Below are positions 18,301-28,241 of a DNA stretch of 47,883 bases, one piece after another. The stretch is taken from the NCBI GenBank assembly GCA_046757525.1, contig JBHHYI010000010.1, positions 1-47,883 of the forward strand, in the 5' to 3' direction. The notes below the pieces were generated by a model. It worked only from the letters and a program-made list of their open reading frames with translations. It made no database searches and was not told the DNA's origin. A program made the translations under genes and the position numbers. Positions within the stretch are counted from its first letter, which is position 1, and each line of letters begins with the position of its first letter. The DNA comes from a bacterium. GTDB lineage: Bacteria > Zhuqueibacterota > Zhuqueibacteria > Oceanimicrobiales > Oceanimicrobiaceae.

Positions 18301-19380
18301 ATGCCAAACAAGGATTATTACAATATTTTAGCAGTTTCTGAAGACGCCAGCGCTGAGGAGATTAAGAGAGCTTACAGAAAATTAGCCAAGGAAAATCATC
18401 CGGATGCGCATCCCGGGGATAGGAAATCCGAGGAGCGGTTCAAAGAGATTTCTGAAGCCTATGCGGTACTGAGCGATCCCCAGAAAAGGAAACAGTATGA
18501 CCAGATGCGCAAGTACGGATTCAGCAGTGTGGGAGGCAATAGTGGCTTCGGTTTTCAAGGCTTTGACCTGGGGGATATTCTCAAGGGGTTTGGAAAAGCT
18601 GGCAGTCGTAGAAATCGTGGTTCGAGAGGCTTTACGTCCGACGAGTTCTTTGGCTTTGGCGGGTTCGGTGATCTGTTTACGCAGATCTTTGGAAATGAGT
18701 TTGAATTCAACAGTCCCGACCGGCGCACAACAACTGACCTGAATGTTCATGCCGAATTGGAAATACCTCTTGAAACTGCGGCGTTGGGGGGCAAGGCGAT
18801 GATTTATTTGGATAAGGTGCAGCACTGTCCAAGCTGTGAAGGCTCCGGGGTAAAAAAAGGGTCAAGAGTTATGGTCTGCCCGGAATGTCGCGGGACGGGC
18901 ACGGTGTCGATGTCACGGGGTGCCTTTGCTGTGAGTCGACCCTGTCCTCGGTGTTTGGGCAAAGGCAAAATTGTCACCGAACCTTGTGTGACGTGTGCTG
19001 GGAGCGGCAGAGTCAGGAAAAAACAAAAGATCGCCATCAACATTCCACCCGCAACCGAGGACGGCAGCAAACTAAGACTGGCGGGCCAGGGAAATCCAGG
19101 CAGCGATGGGCGCCGTTCCGGGGATTTAATCATCACCGTTCGAGTCAAAAAACATCGCTTTTTTAGGACCAAGGGCCTTGACGTTTATTGTGAGATTCCG
19201 ATCAATAAATCGAGTGCTCAAAAAGGTTCAAGAATAAGGTTAAAAACAATCCGTAACGAAAAGGTGGAGTTGAGAGTGCCCCCTAAAACCGAAAATGGCA
19301 AAGTATTTCGCCTGAAGAAGATGGGCATCAAGAAAAACGGCAAGGTGGGCGATCAATTTGTGAAGATTAAGGTTGTGTAA
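18301..19380 (+). CDS. dnaJ: DnaJ chaperone (J domain, G/F region, zinc finger), short C-terminus
   Basis: KDYY..HPD..F..ISEAYAVLSD; four CxxCxGxG (CPSCEGSG, CPECRGTG, CPRCLGKG, CVTCAGSG). Confidence 0.93.
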   Translation: MPNKDYYNILAVSEDASAEEIKRAYRKLAKENHPDAHPGDRKSEERFKEISEAYAVLSDPQKRKQYDQMRKYGFSSVGGNSGFGFQGFDLGDILKGFGKAGSRRNRGSRGFTSDEFFGFGGFGDLFTQIFGNEFEFNSPDRRTTTDLNVHAELEIPLETAALGGKAMIYLDKVQHCPSCEGSGVKKGSRVMVCPECRGTGTVSMSRGAFAVSRPCPRCLGKGKIVTEPCVTCAGSGRVRKKQKIAINIPPATEDGSKLRLAGQGNPGSDGRRSGDLIITVRVKKHRFFRTKGLDVYCEIPINKSSAQKGSRIRLKTIRNEKVELRVPPKTENGKVFRLKKMGIKKNGKVGDQFVKIKVV

Positions 19381-19396
19381 CCTGTGGAGGTATGGT

Positions 19397-20911
19397 ATGC
19401 TTCGGAAAAACAAAACAGCTATAATGTTCACCTTTGCGATCCTGTTGGGTGTGATTATTGGGTTGACGGTGGCCTCGAATTTCAACTGGACGAACAACGG
19501 ATTAGCTGTGGAGGAGGAGACAAATCCTGCGTCAAGCCAGCCGCCAAATACACCTGTTAATTCTGATTTAGAAAATACCAGTAGGGCTTTTGTGAGGATT
19601 GCAAAGCGAGTGACTCCGGCAGTGGTCTCAATCACCAGTGAAAAAGTTGTCAAGGTTCGAGACCCCTTTTCCGATTTTTTCCGCCATGATGATTTGTTTG
19701 ACCGATTCTTTCGAACACCTGACGGTGGTGAAAGGCAATACAAACGAAATGGTCTGGGATCCGGCGTGATTGTGAATTCCAATGGCTACATCCTGACCAA
19801 CTATCATGTTGTCAAAGAAGCCGATGCCATAAACGTTCTGATCGACAAAAACGAATACGATGCCTCCATTGTCGGAACCGATCCGGCAACCGACGTCGCG
19901 GTCATCAAGATCGAAAAGACCAACCTGCCGGTCATTGCATTAGGCAATTCTGATGAATTAGAAGTGGGCGAATGGATTCTTGCCATTGGTAGCCCGTTTT
20001 CGCTCAGCTTAGAGCACACTGTTACGGCGGGAATTATCAGCGCTAAGGGACGTTCCGACCTCGCGTTGGGCGAGGAGGTACGGTATCAAGACTTCATTCA
20101 AACAGACGCCGCCATCAATCCCGGCAACAGCGGCGGCGCTCTGGTCAATCTCAAAGGCGAGCTCATAGGCATCAACAGCGCAATTGTCGCTGGAAGTTAT
20201 GGTGGAAATCTCGGAATCGGCTTCGCCATACCCATTAATATGGCTAAACAGGTAATGGATGAGCTCATTGCGCACGGAAAAGTTGTGCGGGGTTTCCTGG
20301 GTGTTTTCATAAAGACGCCGGATGCTGATATGAGAGAAGCTTTGGGAATTAAGGAGAACCGTGGCGCTGTTGTAATGGAGGTTCAACAGAATACGCCTGC
20401 CTCCAGAGCTGGCCTGAAGAAATTGGACGTCATCGTTGCTGTCGACGGACACGAAATAGAGGACAGCAATCAGTTAACCAACCTGATCGCGTCCTACGGT
20501 CCTGGTCAGGTTGTTAACCTGAAGATCGTCAGGGGCAGTAATATTGTGGAGATTCCGGTTCGTTTGGCTGAACGTGCTGAAAGTAGAGTGACGACTCCGA
20601 CCAACCCTCAGGAGAGCGGTGGGGCCCGGTTGGGTTTGGCAGTCTCGGAACTGACTGACCGCTTGGTGCGAAAGTATCATTACGAAGACCAGGAAGGCGT
20701 GTTGGTTACCAATGTTCAGCCTGGGAGTGTGGCGGAACAAAAAGGCATTCGCGCTGGCGATTTAATCAAGCGAGTCAACCGCAAGAAAGTGGAAACGGTC
20801 CAGGAATTCAATAAAATTGTTGCAGGTTTAAAGGCAGGGTCCATTGTGCTTTTCCAAATCAGACGTGGCAGTCGCAACAGTTTTGTGGCCGTAAAAGTAC
20901 CGAAACCTTAA
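19397..20911 (+). CDS. degP: HtrA/DegP (Do) family serine protease with two PDZ domains
   Basis: Intact triad TNYHV / DPATDVAV / NPGNSGG; start ATG 19397 after GGAGG. Confidence 0.92.
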   Translation: MLRKNKTAIMFTFAILLGVIIGLTVASNFNWTNNGLAVEEETNPASSQPPNTPVNSDLENTSRAFVRIAKRVTPAVVSITSEKVVKVRDPFSDFFRHDDLFDRFFRTPDGGERQYKRNGLGSGVIVNSNGYILTNYHVVKEADAINVLIDKNEYDASIVGTDPATDVAVIKIEKTNLPVIALGNSDELEVGEWILAIGSPFSLSLEHTVTAGIISAKGRSDLALGEEVRYQDFIQTDAAINPGNSGGALVNLKGELIGINSAIVAGSYGGNLGIGFAIPINMAKQVMDELIAHGKVVRGFLGVFIKTPDADMREALGIKENRGAVVMEVQQNTPASRAGLKKLDVIVAVDGHEIEDSNQLTNLIASYGPGQVVNLKIVRGSNIVEIPVRLAERAESRVTTPTNPQESGGARLGLAVSELTDRLVRKYHYEDQEGVLVTNVQPGSVAEQKGIRAGDLIKRVNRKKVETVQEFNKIVAGLKAGSIVLFQIRRGSRNSFVAVKVPKP

Positions 20912-20945
20912 GAACGAATGAACAAAATACTGTTTGGAGGAATTT

Positions 20946-21203
20946 ATGCCAACCTACGAGTATTTGTGTGATGAGTGTAGCTATCGATTTGAGGAATTCC
21001 AAAGTATTACCGCGGAGCCGCTGAAATCTTGTCCCAGGTGCGATGGCACGATAAAGAGGCTGATCAGCGCAGGGAATGGCCTTATCTTCAAAGGGTCAGG
21101 ATTCTATGAAACTGACTACAAAAGGTCGGGAGCAACTGCTGAATCAAAACCGGAAAAAAGCGACAAAAAGTCGAAAGATAAAACCACCAAAGAGAAGGAG
21201 TAG
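20946..21203 (+). CDS. FmdB family zinc ribbon protein
   Basis: MPTYEYLCDEC..FE..Q......CPRC...IKRLIS....FKGSGFYETDY; GGAGG RBS. Confidence 0.9.
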   Translation: MPTYEYLCDECSYRFEEFQSITAEPLKSCPRCDGTIKRLISAGNGLIFKGSGFYETDYKRSGATAESKPEKSDKKSKDKTTKEKE

Positions 21204-21265
21204 ATGCTCCGAGCAGGTCTTCTGAATAAAGCTGATAACTATGGGTTTTTCTGTGGTCTTAACTA

Positions 21266-21278
21266 TGACAGGATGACA
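21266..21278. promoter_or_regulatory. TGACA-N3-TGACA box upstream of the dnaK sigma54 promoter
   Basis: TGACAGGATGACA about 120 nt upstream of the -24 element; same motif class as upstream of dnaJ. Confidence 0.45.
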
Positions 21279-21387
21279 GATGCTGGACCGGTGGTTTGCG
21301 GTAACAACAACTCTCATTTCTGGATTGCATTTGTTTAAGTTTAATAAAATCAATAGCGATTCCGCACAACATGGAATTCAAACACCC

Positions 21388-21403
21388 TGGCACAAACTTT
21401 GCT
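21388..21403 (+). promoter_or_regulatory. sigma54 (-24/-12) promoter for dnaK
   Basis: TGGCACAAACTTTGCT, a perfect TGGCAC-N5-TTGCW match. Confidence 0.85.
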
Positions 21404-21503
21404 AAAACAGGGAACGCGAGTCGATCCGGTCGAAATACGATTAAATCAAATTTGAAATTTTACGACACTCAACAGACATTCTTGAACCTAAGGAGGATTT
21501 GTT

Positions 21504-23426
21504 ATGAGCAAAATCATCGGAATAGATTTAGGAACCACCAATTCCTGCGTAGCTGTAATGGAGGGGGGGGAGCCTGTGGTAATTCCCAACGCAGAGGGTT
21601 CGCGGACTACGCCTTCAGTTGTGGCTTTTACCAAGAATGGCGAGCGGTTGGTAGGGCAGGTAGCTAAGCGGCAGGCAATTACCAATCCCGAAAACACGAT
21701 TTTCTCCATTAAACGATTCATGGGCCGGCGTTACTCTGAAGTCGAGAATGAAATCAAGGAAGTGCCCTACAAGGTGGTCAAGGGGCCAAACGACGTAGCT
21801 AAAGCCAAAGTCGTCGACAAAGAGTACACGCCCCAGGAAATCTCTGCCATGGTGCTTCAGAAAATGAAGCAAACTGCTGAGGACTATTTGGGCCAGAAAG
21901 TTACGGCCGCTGTCATCACGGTGCCGGCCTATTTCAACGATAGTCAGCGCCAGGCTACCAAAGAAGCCGGGGAAATAGCAGGCCTGGAGGTGAAACGAAT
22001 CATCAATGAGCCCACGGCGGCCTCTTTAGCCTACGGCCTGGACAAGAAGAAAGAGGAGAAGATCGCTGTTTATGATTTGGGAGGAGGAACCTTTGACATC
22101 TCCATTTTAGAAATTGGCGATGGTGTTTTTGAGGTGAAGTCGACCAATGGCGATACGCATCTTGGCGGCGACGATTTTGACCAGCGGGTCATAGATTGGA
22201 TTGTCGATGAATTTAAAAAGCAGGAAGGCGTCGATCTGTCCAAAGACCCCATGGCCTTGCAGCGATTGAAAGAGGCGGCCGAGAAAGCCAAGTGTGAACT
22301 TTCCACCGTGGCCCAAACGGACATCAACTTGCCGTTCATTACGGCCACCGATTCTGGCCCCAAACATCTCAACCTCACCCTTACGCGGGCTAAGTTCGAG
22401 CAACTGTGTGAGGACCTGTTTCAACGAACTGTTGCGCCGTGTAAGGTTGCTTTGAAAGATGCGGGCTTAACGGCAAAAGAAATCGATGAAGTGGTGCTGG
22501 TTGGTGGTTCCACCAGAATGCCCAAGGTGCAGGAAATGGTCCGGGAGCTTTTTGGCAAGGAGCCCCACAAGGGGGTGAATCCCGATGAAGTCGTGGCCGT
22601 CGGTGCCTCCATTCAGGGCGGTGTGTTAGCCGGGGATGTCAAGGATGTGCTTCTCCTGGATGTTACGCCGCTTTCCTTAGGCATCGAGACCCTGGGCGGC
22701 GTCACAACCAAACTGATTGAGAAGAATGTGACGATTCCGACCAAGAAATCCGAGATATTTTCAACCGCAGCGGACAATCAAACCTCTGTGGAGATTCACG
22801 TGCTGCAAGGCGAGCGGGAAATGGCGGTTGACAACCGTACCCTGGGTCGATTCATCCTGGATGGCATTCCACCGGCGCCGCGCGGCATTCCCCAAATCGA
22901 GGTGACTTTCGACATCGATGCCAATGGCATTCTCAGTGTTGCAGCCAAAGATAAAGCCTCGGGCAAGGAACAAAACATCCGCATCGAAGCCTCAACAGGT
23001 TTGAGCAAAGAAGAAATTGAGAAGATGGTGAGTGATGCCAAAGCGCACGCTGCCGAAGACAAAAAGCAACGAGAAACAGTTGACGCCCGCAACCAGGCAG
23101 ACCAGATGGTGTATCAGACGGAAAAGAATCTCAAGGAAATGGGCGACAAGATCTCCAGCGACGACAAGCCCAAACTGGAAGCGGCCGTTAAACGCGTTCA
23201 GGAAGCCCTGAAAACGAACAATGGTGACGACATCAAATCCGCTACGGAGGCCTTGAGCAAGGCCTGGAATGAGGTGGCCAGCAAAATGTATGCGCAGGCC
23301 CAGGCATCCGAAGCTGGAGACCAAGGTGCTGGTGCCGCCAGCGCTGAGGCTGAAACCGAGAAACAAGACGAAAAGGTGGAAGAAGCCGATTTCGAAGTGG
23401 TGGATGACGATAAGTCAAAGAATTGA
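21504..23426 (+). CDS. dnaK: molecular chaperone DnaK
   Basis: [37 protein letters not shown]-terminal [17 protein letters not shown]. Confidence 0.99.
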   Translation: MSKIIGIDLGTTNSCVAVMEGGEPVVIPNAEGSRTTPSVVAFTKNGERLVGQVAKRQAITNPENTIFSIKRFMGRRYSEVENEIKEVPYKVVKGPNDVAKAKVVDKEYTPQEISAMVLQKMKQTAEDYLGQKVTAAVITVPAYFNDSQRQATKEAGEIAGLEVKRIINEPTAASLAYGLDKKKEEKIAVYDLGGGTFDISILEIGDGVFEVKSTNGDTHLGGDDFDQRVIDWIVDEFKKQEGVDLSKDPMALQRLKEAAEKAKCELSTVAQTDINLPFITATDSGPKHLNLTLTRAKFEQLCEDLFQRTVAPCKVALKDAGLTAKEIDEVVLVGGSTRMPKVQEMVRELFGKEPHKGVNPDEVVAVGASIQGGVLAGDVKDVLLLDVTPLSLGIETLGGVTTKLIEKNVTIPTKKSEIFSTAADNQTSVEIHVLQGEREMAVDNRTLGRFILDGIPPAPRGIPQIEVTFDIDANGILSVAAKDKASGKEQNIRIEASTGLSKEEIEKMVSDAKAHAAEDKKQRETVDARNQADQMVYQTEKNLKEMGDKISSDDKPKLEAAVKRVQEALKTNNGDDIKSATEALSKAWNEVASKMYAQAQASEAGDQGAGAASAEAETEKQDEKVEEADFEVVDDDKSKN

Positions 23427-23449
23427 TTGACGAGGCAAGGTCGAGCGTT

Positions 23450-23488
23450 AAAGAGGCGAGGGAGCCGATTCCCCGCCTCTTTTTGTTT
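23450..23488 (+). terminator. intrinsic terminator after dnaK
   Basis: AAAGAGGCG-AGGGA..TTCCC-CGCCTCTTT followed by TTGTTT. Confidence 0.8.
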
Positions 23489-23602
23489 GCAGGCCAATCC
23501 AAACATTTAACTGCAATTCTTTACTAACCTGAATCGTGCAGGCAAAATCACATTGCCACAGTTGGCTACATAGTAAAATCGTCCTGCCGGTTGAATTTTG
23601 GC

Positions 23603-23631
23603 TTGATTTTGTTGCAAATTCTTTTTAAATT
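23603..23631 (+). promoter_or_regulatory. sigma70-type promoter
   Basis: TTGATT-17 nt-TAAATT upstream of the TPR lipoprotein. Confidence 0.45.
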
Positions 23632-23701
23632 TCGCGCTGTGTTTTCACCTGACCTGAAAGCGAATTAGAACATAATATAATATATAATGATGAGGGTTAC
23701 C

Positions 23702-24214
23702 ATGAAATCATGCTTGCCAGTCTTACTTATTAGTTTGCTGTTTCTTGGCTGCGCTGATCGGCAAACAGAAGAACAACTACAGGCCCGGGCGCAAGCTTTT
23801 GAGAAGGAAGAAAAATTCGAAAATGCTTTGGAGACTTACCAGAAACTATTGAAATCATATCCGGACGGGAAACACGCTGACGAGGCCCAATACAAGATTG
23901 CCTTTTTGTATTATAATAATTTGCACAATTTCAACAGGGCTCTGGAGGCGCACCAGCGTTTGGTCGAGAAGTATCCCGAGAGCAACTATGTGAGCCAGGC
24001 GCGATTCATGATCGGCTATATTTATGCCAATGACTTGAAGGATTATGACCAGGCCCGTGCCGCTTACGAAGAATTCTTGAAATTGTATCCTGACAATGAG
24101 CTTGTCGAAAGCGTCAAGTGGGAGCTTAAACATTTAGGCGAAGACATCAACGAGCAGTTGCTGCAGCAGTTCAGTGACAAGAAAACCAACGGAGGTACGA
24201 AAGTAGCAAAGTGA
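23702..24214 (+). CDS. TPR lipoprotein (BamD/CpoB-like repeats)
   Basis: Lipobox LFLGC; YP.G..ADEAQYKIA, YPESNYVSQARFMIG repeats; start may be 23687. Confidence 0.8.
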   Translation: MKSCLPVLLISLLFLGCADRQTEEQLQARAQAFEKEEKFENALETYQKLLKSYPDGKHADEAQYKIAFLYYNNLHNFNRALEAHQRLVEKYPESNYVSQARFMIGYIYANDLKDYDQARAAYEEFLKLYPDNELVESVKWELKHLGEDINEQLLQQFSDKKTNGGTKVAK

Positions 24215-24400
24215 GGTAAGCCCTGTTCCCATCCAAAGCCGAAAGTGTTAATTGCCAATTTACAAATGTGGTGAGATTAATACTATTTTCGGCTTTTGTT
24301 TTTTTGCCTGCCTGTGATAGAACTCCGGCAGAGTTTGGCCTGGAACTTTTGCTCCGTCGCAAAGTATATTTATTCGATTATTTTTCATTTAAGGGTAGTT

Positions 24401-25366
24401 ATGCGAACACTATTTTTGTGGTTATACGCTTGTTTGTGGGCCGTTGGGCCTGTTCTTGCTCAGGTTTCCGACACGACTTCTGCGGCTGCGAACGCGCCGG
24501 TGGGCGGCATAAGAGCCGTCGCCCGGCTACAAGCCCACGAGGTGCCGCAAAATCGTACTCTAACCTACACAGTTGAAGTGAGCTGGCAGGGAGGGTTAGA
24601 ACGTTACTCCATCGAAAAATTGGAAGATCCCGTGCTCACCAACCTGGAGATCGTTGGCAGCTCATCCTCTAATTGGGTGGGGGAACGTAATAACATCGAA
24701 CAGACCGTCAAAACTTATGAATTCATACTCAAGCCCATCGCGTTGGGCATGGCTTATGTCGATGGACTGCGTATAAATTACAGAGACAACGACCTGGACG
24801 AATCGCAAAGCCTCATGACCAACCGGTTGGAAGTGAAAGTTACCGACCCGATTCTGGAAGGGAACGCCAATACCTGGGTCATCGGGGGCAGCGTGCTGGT
24901 TCTGCTTTTAGTGGCTGGCGGAGGATTCTTGGTAATAAAAAGAAGACGAATACAGGACACAAAGACTTTCACCAGTGCGCCAGAAATCCTGCCATTGGAA
25001 GACCAATTCCTGACCAAATTGAAGGGGGAGATTAGCTTAGACAAGCACGATTCTGTGGAGTCCTTTTCGGCTCTGTCCAAATTATACAGAAGTTACTTGT
25101 CTCAGCGTTACAATATTGCGGCTATGGAAATAACCACGCAAGAAATTCTGGACGAATTGAAAAACCAGGCCATGGCCAACCGGGTTATTGAAGAGACCGA
25201 CGAGGTCTTGCACGCCTGTGACGTGGCCAAGTTTTCGGGCGGCTCCATCGAGCCGGGCAAATTGGACCGCGTTTACGCCATCGTTGAAGACTTGTTGAAT
25301 AGGAACAAATCAGAATACATCGAATTTCTTAGTCACAACTCGCAAAAATCAAGTGCTGAATCATAA
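24401..25366 (+). CDS. BatD-like exported protein with C-terminal TM helix and helical domain
   Basis: Signal peptide (VLAQ), Ig-like beta domain, TM (VLVLLLVAGGGFLVI)+KRRR, AMEITTQEI..CDVAKF tail resembling the 28222 gene. Confidence 0.7.
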   Translation: MRTLFLWLYACLWAVGPVLAQVSDTTSAAANAPVGGIRAVARLQAHEVPQNRTLTYTVEVSWQGGLERYSIEKLEDPVLTNLEIVGSSSSNWVGERNNIEQTVKTYEFILKPIALGMAYVDGLRINYRDNDLDESQSLMTNRLEVKVTDPILEGNANTWVIGGSVLVLLLVAGGGFLVIKRRRIQDTKTFTSAPEILPLEDQFLTKLKGEISLDKHDSVESFSALSKLYRSYLSQRYNIAAMEITTQEILDELKNQAMANRVIEETDEVLHACDVAKFSGGSIEPGKLDRVYAIVEDLLNRNKSEYIEFLSHNSQKSSAES

Positions 25367-25396
25367 AGTTGGCTCGCAAACTGAATTGGAGGTGAA

Positions 25397-26386
25397 ATGG
25401 CGGTAGATATTGAAGCGATTAACGAAAGAATAAAAAAGGAAAGTGCATTTGTAGAAAGAATTACCGAAGCTGTTGCAACGATTATTGTTGGTCAAAAATA
25501 TATGATCGAACGCCTTCTGATTGGTCTGTTGTCGAACGGCCACGTTCTGTTGGAAGGCGTTCCTGGTTTAGCCAAAACCATGGCCGTCAAGACGCTTTCG
25601 GCTACCATTCAAACCAAGTTTCAAAGATTGCAATTTACGCCCGACCTCTTGCCGGCGGACATAATCGGCACGCTAATCTACGATCAAAAGAATGGGGATT
25701 TTACCACCAAGAAGGGGCCTATTTTCTCCAACCTGGTGCTGGCCGACGAAATCAACCGGGCGCCGGCAAAAGTACAATCCGCCTTGTTGGAGGCCATGAT
25801 GGAAAGGCAAGTCACCATTGGTGAGCATACTTTTCCTCTGGACGATCCTTTTTTGGTCTTAGCGACGCAAAATCCCATCGAACAGGAGGGGACGTACCCG
25901 CTGCCCGAAGCTCAGGTCGATCGTTTCATGCTCAAGGTTTCCATCGGCTATCCTAATAAGGAAGAGGAATTGGAAATCATGCGCAGAATGGCAGGTAAGA
26001 GCATTCCGGAGTTGGAATCTGTAGTGACACCCAAAGACATCATTGCGGCGCGGTCTTTAGTCAACGAAGTCTACATCGATGAAAAGGTGGAGCATTATAT
26101 CATCGACATCGTTTTTGCTACCCGGCAACCAAAAGAATTTGGGCTGGAAGAATTGCAGGATCTAATTGCGTTTGGTGCCTCCCCAAGGGCCTCGATCTAT
26201 TTGTATCAGGCCGCTAAGGCACACGCTTTTCTGCGCCGGCGGGGCTATGTGATCCCGGAAGATGTGCGCGCCATCGGCATGGATGTCTTGCGGCATCGCA
26301 TAAATGTCACTTACGAAGCTGAGGCGGAAGAAATCACTTCGGAGGACGTGGTTCGCAAAGTGCTGAACAAGATCGAGGTGCCCTGA
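25397..26386 (+). CDS. moxR: MoxR family AAA+ ATPase
   Basis: HVLLEGVPGLAKT, QFTPDLLPAD, LADEINRAPAKVQSALLE, ATQNPIEQEGTYPLPEAQVDRF. Confidence 0.97.
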   Translation: MAVDIEAINERIKKESAFVERITEAVATIIVGQKYMIERLLIGLLSNGHVLLEGVPGLAKTMAVKTLSATIQTKFQRLQFTPDLLPADIIGTLIYDQKNGDFTTKKGPIFSNLVLADEINRAPAKVQSALLEAMMERQVTIGEHTFPLDDPFLVLATQNPIEQEGTYPLPEAQVDRFMLKVSIGYPNKEEELEIMRRMAGKSIPELESVVTPKDIIAARSLVNEVYIDEKVEHYIIDIVFATRQPKEFGLEELQDLIAFGASPRASIYLYQAAKAHAFLRRRGYVIPEDVRAIGMDVLRHRINVTYEAEAEEITSEDVVRKVLNKIEVP

Positions 26387-26391
26387 GTCAG

Positions 26392-27270
26392 ATGATTCCC
26401 AAGGAGATTCTCAAAAAGGTCAAAAGAATCGAAATCCAAACGCGGGGGTTGGTCAACGACGTCTTTTCCGGTGAATACCATTCGGTGTTCAAAGGCCGGG
26501 GTATGGAATTCTCTGAAGTACGGGAATATCAGGTCGGGGACGACATCCGCAGCATCGACTGGAACGTCACCGCACGCATGGGCCACCCTTACGTGAAGAT
26601 TTTTGAAGAAGAGCGTGAACTTACGGTCATGCTTCTGGTGGATGTGAGCTCTTCCGGCAACTTCGGTACGTTCGAGCGCATGAAGGGGGAAATTGCCATC
26701 GAAATCTGTGCGTTGTTGGCTTTTTCGGCGATTAAGAACAACGACAAGGTCGGGCTCATCATCTTTACAGATCGAATTGAAAAATACGTGCCGCCCAAAA
26801 AGGGCAAGACCCACGTGCTGCGGGTTTTGCGGGAACTGTTGTACCACCAGCCACAAGGTAGAGGCACCGATATTGCTATGACGCTGGAGTATTTGAGCAA
26901 ATTAACCTCGCGGCGGGCGGTGGTTTTCCTGGTTTCGGATTTCATCGCCGATGACTACAAAAAAGCCATGCAGATCGCCAACAATCGTCACGATTTGGTA
27001 GCCATAACCATAACCGACCCGCGCGAGATGGACCTGCCCGACGTGGGGTTCATTGAACTGGAGGATGCAGAGACCGGGGAAATCGTGACTTTGGACACTT
27101 CGGATTTCCGTTTGCGGGAAGCGTTTTCGTCGGGAACGTCCAAGTCAAAAGCAGAGCGGGACAAGCTGCTGCGCTCCATGAACGTCGACTACATCGATAT
27201 TCGCACAGATGAGTCTTACATCGAACCGCTCATCCAGTTCTTCAAAATGCGCGCTAAACGGTTCCGTTAA
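26392..27270 (+). CDS. DUF58 (VWA-like) protein
   Basis: GMEFSEVREYQVGDDIRSIDWNVTAR, FEEEREL, DVSSS; follows moxR. Confidence 0.95.
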   Translation: MIPKEILKKVKRIEIQTRGLVNDVFSGEYHSVFKGRGMEFSEVREYQVGDDIRSIDWNVTARMGHPYVKIFEEERELTVMLLVDVSSSGNFGTFERMKGEIAIEICALLAFSAIKNNDKVGLIIFTDRIEKYVPPKKGKTHVLRVLRELLYHQPQGRGTDIAMTLEYLSKLTSRRAVVFLVSDFIADDYKKAMQIANNRHDLVAITITDPREMDLPDVGFIELEDAETGEIVTLDTSDFRLREAFSSGTSKSKAERDKLLRSMNVDYIDIRTDESYIEPLIQFFKMRAKRFR

Positions 27271-27299
27271 TTCATTAAAATACGAAGGAAAGGGAAACG

Positions 27300-28241
27300 A
27301 TGGGTAGCTCAGGCAAATTGGTTGTGTATGTTCAGTTGTTGCTTTTTGCACTAATTGGTTCCGGGTGTCAAAAGCGTGCGCAACCGAAAATGGCAGGAGA
27401 GCGAGTTCGCGATTTCGCCAACGCGCTTTACAACAATCAACTGTACCATCAGGCCATCGAAGAGTACAATTATTATTTGCAAAATTATGAATTGAGCGAC
27501 GATCAACATGCCAACATCACCTACATCATTGGGGATATTTATTTCGAAAGGCTGAGGGATTATCAAAATGCTCTTGCGCAATATCTGAAGATCAAACATC
27601 TGTACGCTGAAAGTCCGCTGCAGGACAAAGTTAGCAAAAAGATCGTCGAGTGTCTTGAACGCTTAAACCGTTCCGCCGATGCCCAGCAGGCGTTAGAAGA
27701 AGCCACGCTGTTAGATCGAAGCCAGGTGAAATCTCACCATCCGGGTGCAGTCATTGCCAAGATTGGCAAGCGTGAAATTACCACTGGTGACCTGGAACAC
27801 GAAATCAGCCAGCTCCCGCCCTACATGCAATCCCAGGTTACGGACAAAAGCAAGAAGATCGAATTTCTAAAACAGTACATTGCTACCGAACTTTTCTATG
27901 ACAGTGCCAAGCGCGAAGGATTGGACAAAGACAAGGAAGTCCTGGATGCGGCGTTTCAGGCGAAAAAGAACTTTATGGTGCAAAAATATCTCAACGAAAA
28001 AATCTCCGACGAAGTCAACATTCAGGAACCGGACGTAGAGCTTTACTACAAAGCCCATAAGGACAAATACGTTGAAAAGGATAAGGATGGAAAAGTGATT
28101 CGTGAGAAACCGTTCGAGCAGGTGAAGTCACAAGTCATGCAGGACCTGGTGCGCGAGAGACAGAAGGAAGCCTACGATCGTCTGGTGCAGCGAATCATGC
28201 GAGCCGAAGCGGTGGAAATCTATGCCGACAAGCTGCAGTAA
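27300..28241 (+). CDS. lipoprotein: N-terminal TPR + SurA/PrsA-like chaperone domain lacking the parvulin PPIase insert
   Basis: Lipobox IGSGC; TPRs; VIAKIGKREITTGDL, FLKQYI..EL...AKREGLDK, DVELYYKAHKDKY then directly KPFEQVKSQV. Confidence 0.7.
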   Translation: MGSSGKLVVYVQLLLFALIGSGCQKRAQPKMAGERVRDFANALYNNQLYHQAIEEYNYYLQNYELSDDQHANITYIIGDIYFERLRDYQNALAQYLKIKHLYAESPLQDKVSKKIVECLERLNRSADAQQALEEATLLDRSQVKSHHPGAVIAKIGKREITTGDLEHEISQLPPYMQSQVTDKSKKIEFLKQYIATELFYDSAKREGLDKDKEVLDAAFQAKKNFMVQKYLNEKISDEVNIQEPDVELYYKAHKDKYVEKDKDGKVIREKPFEQVKSQVMQDLVRERQKEAYDRLVQRIMRAEAVEIYADKLQ

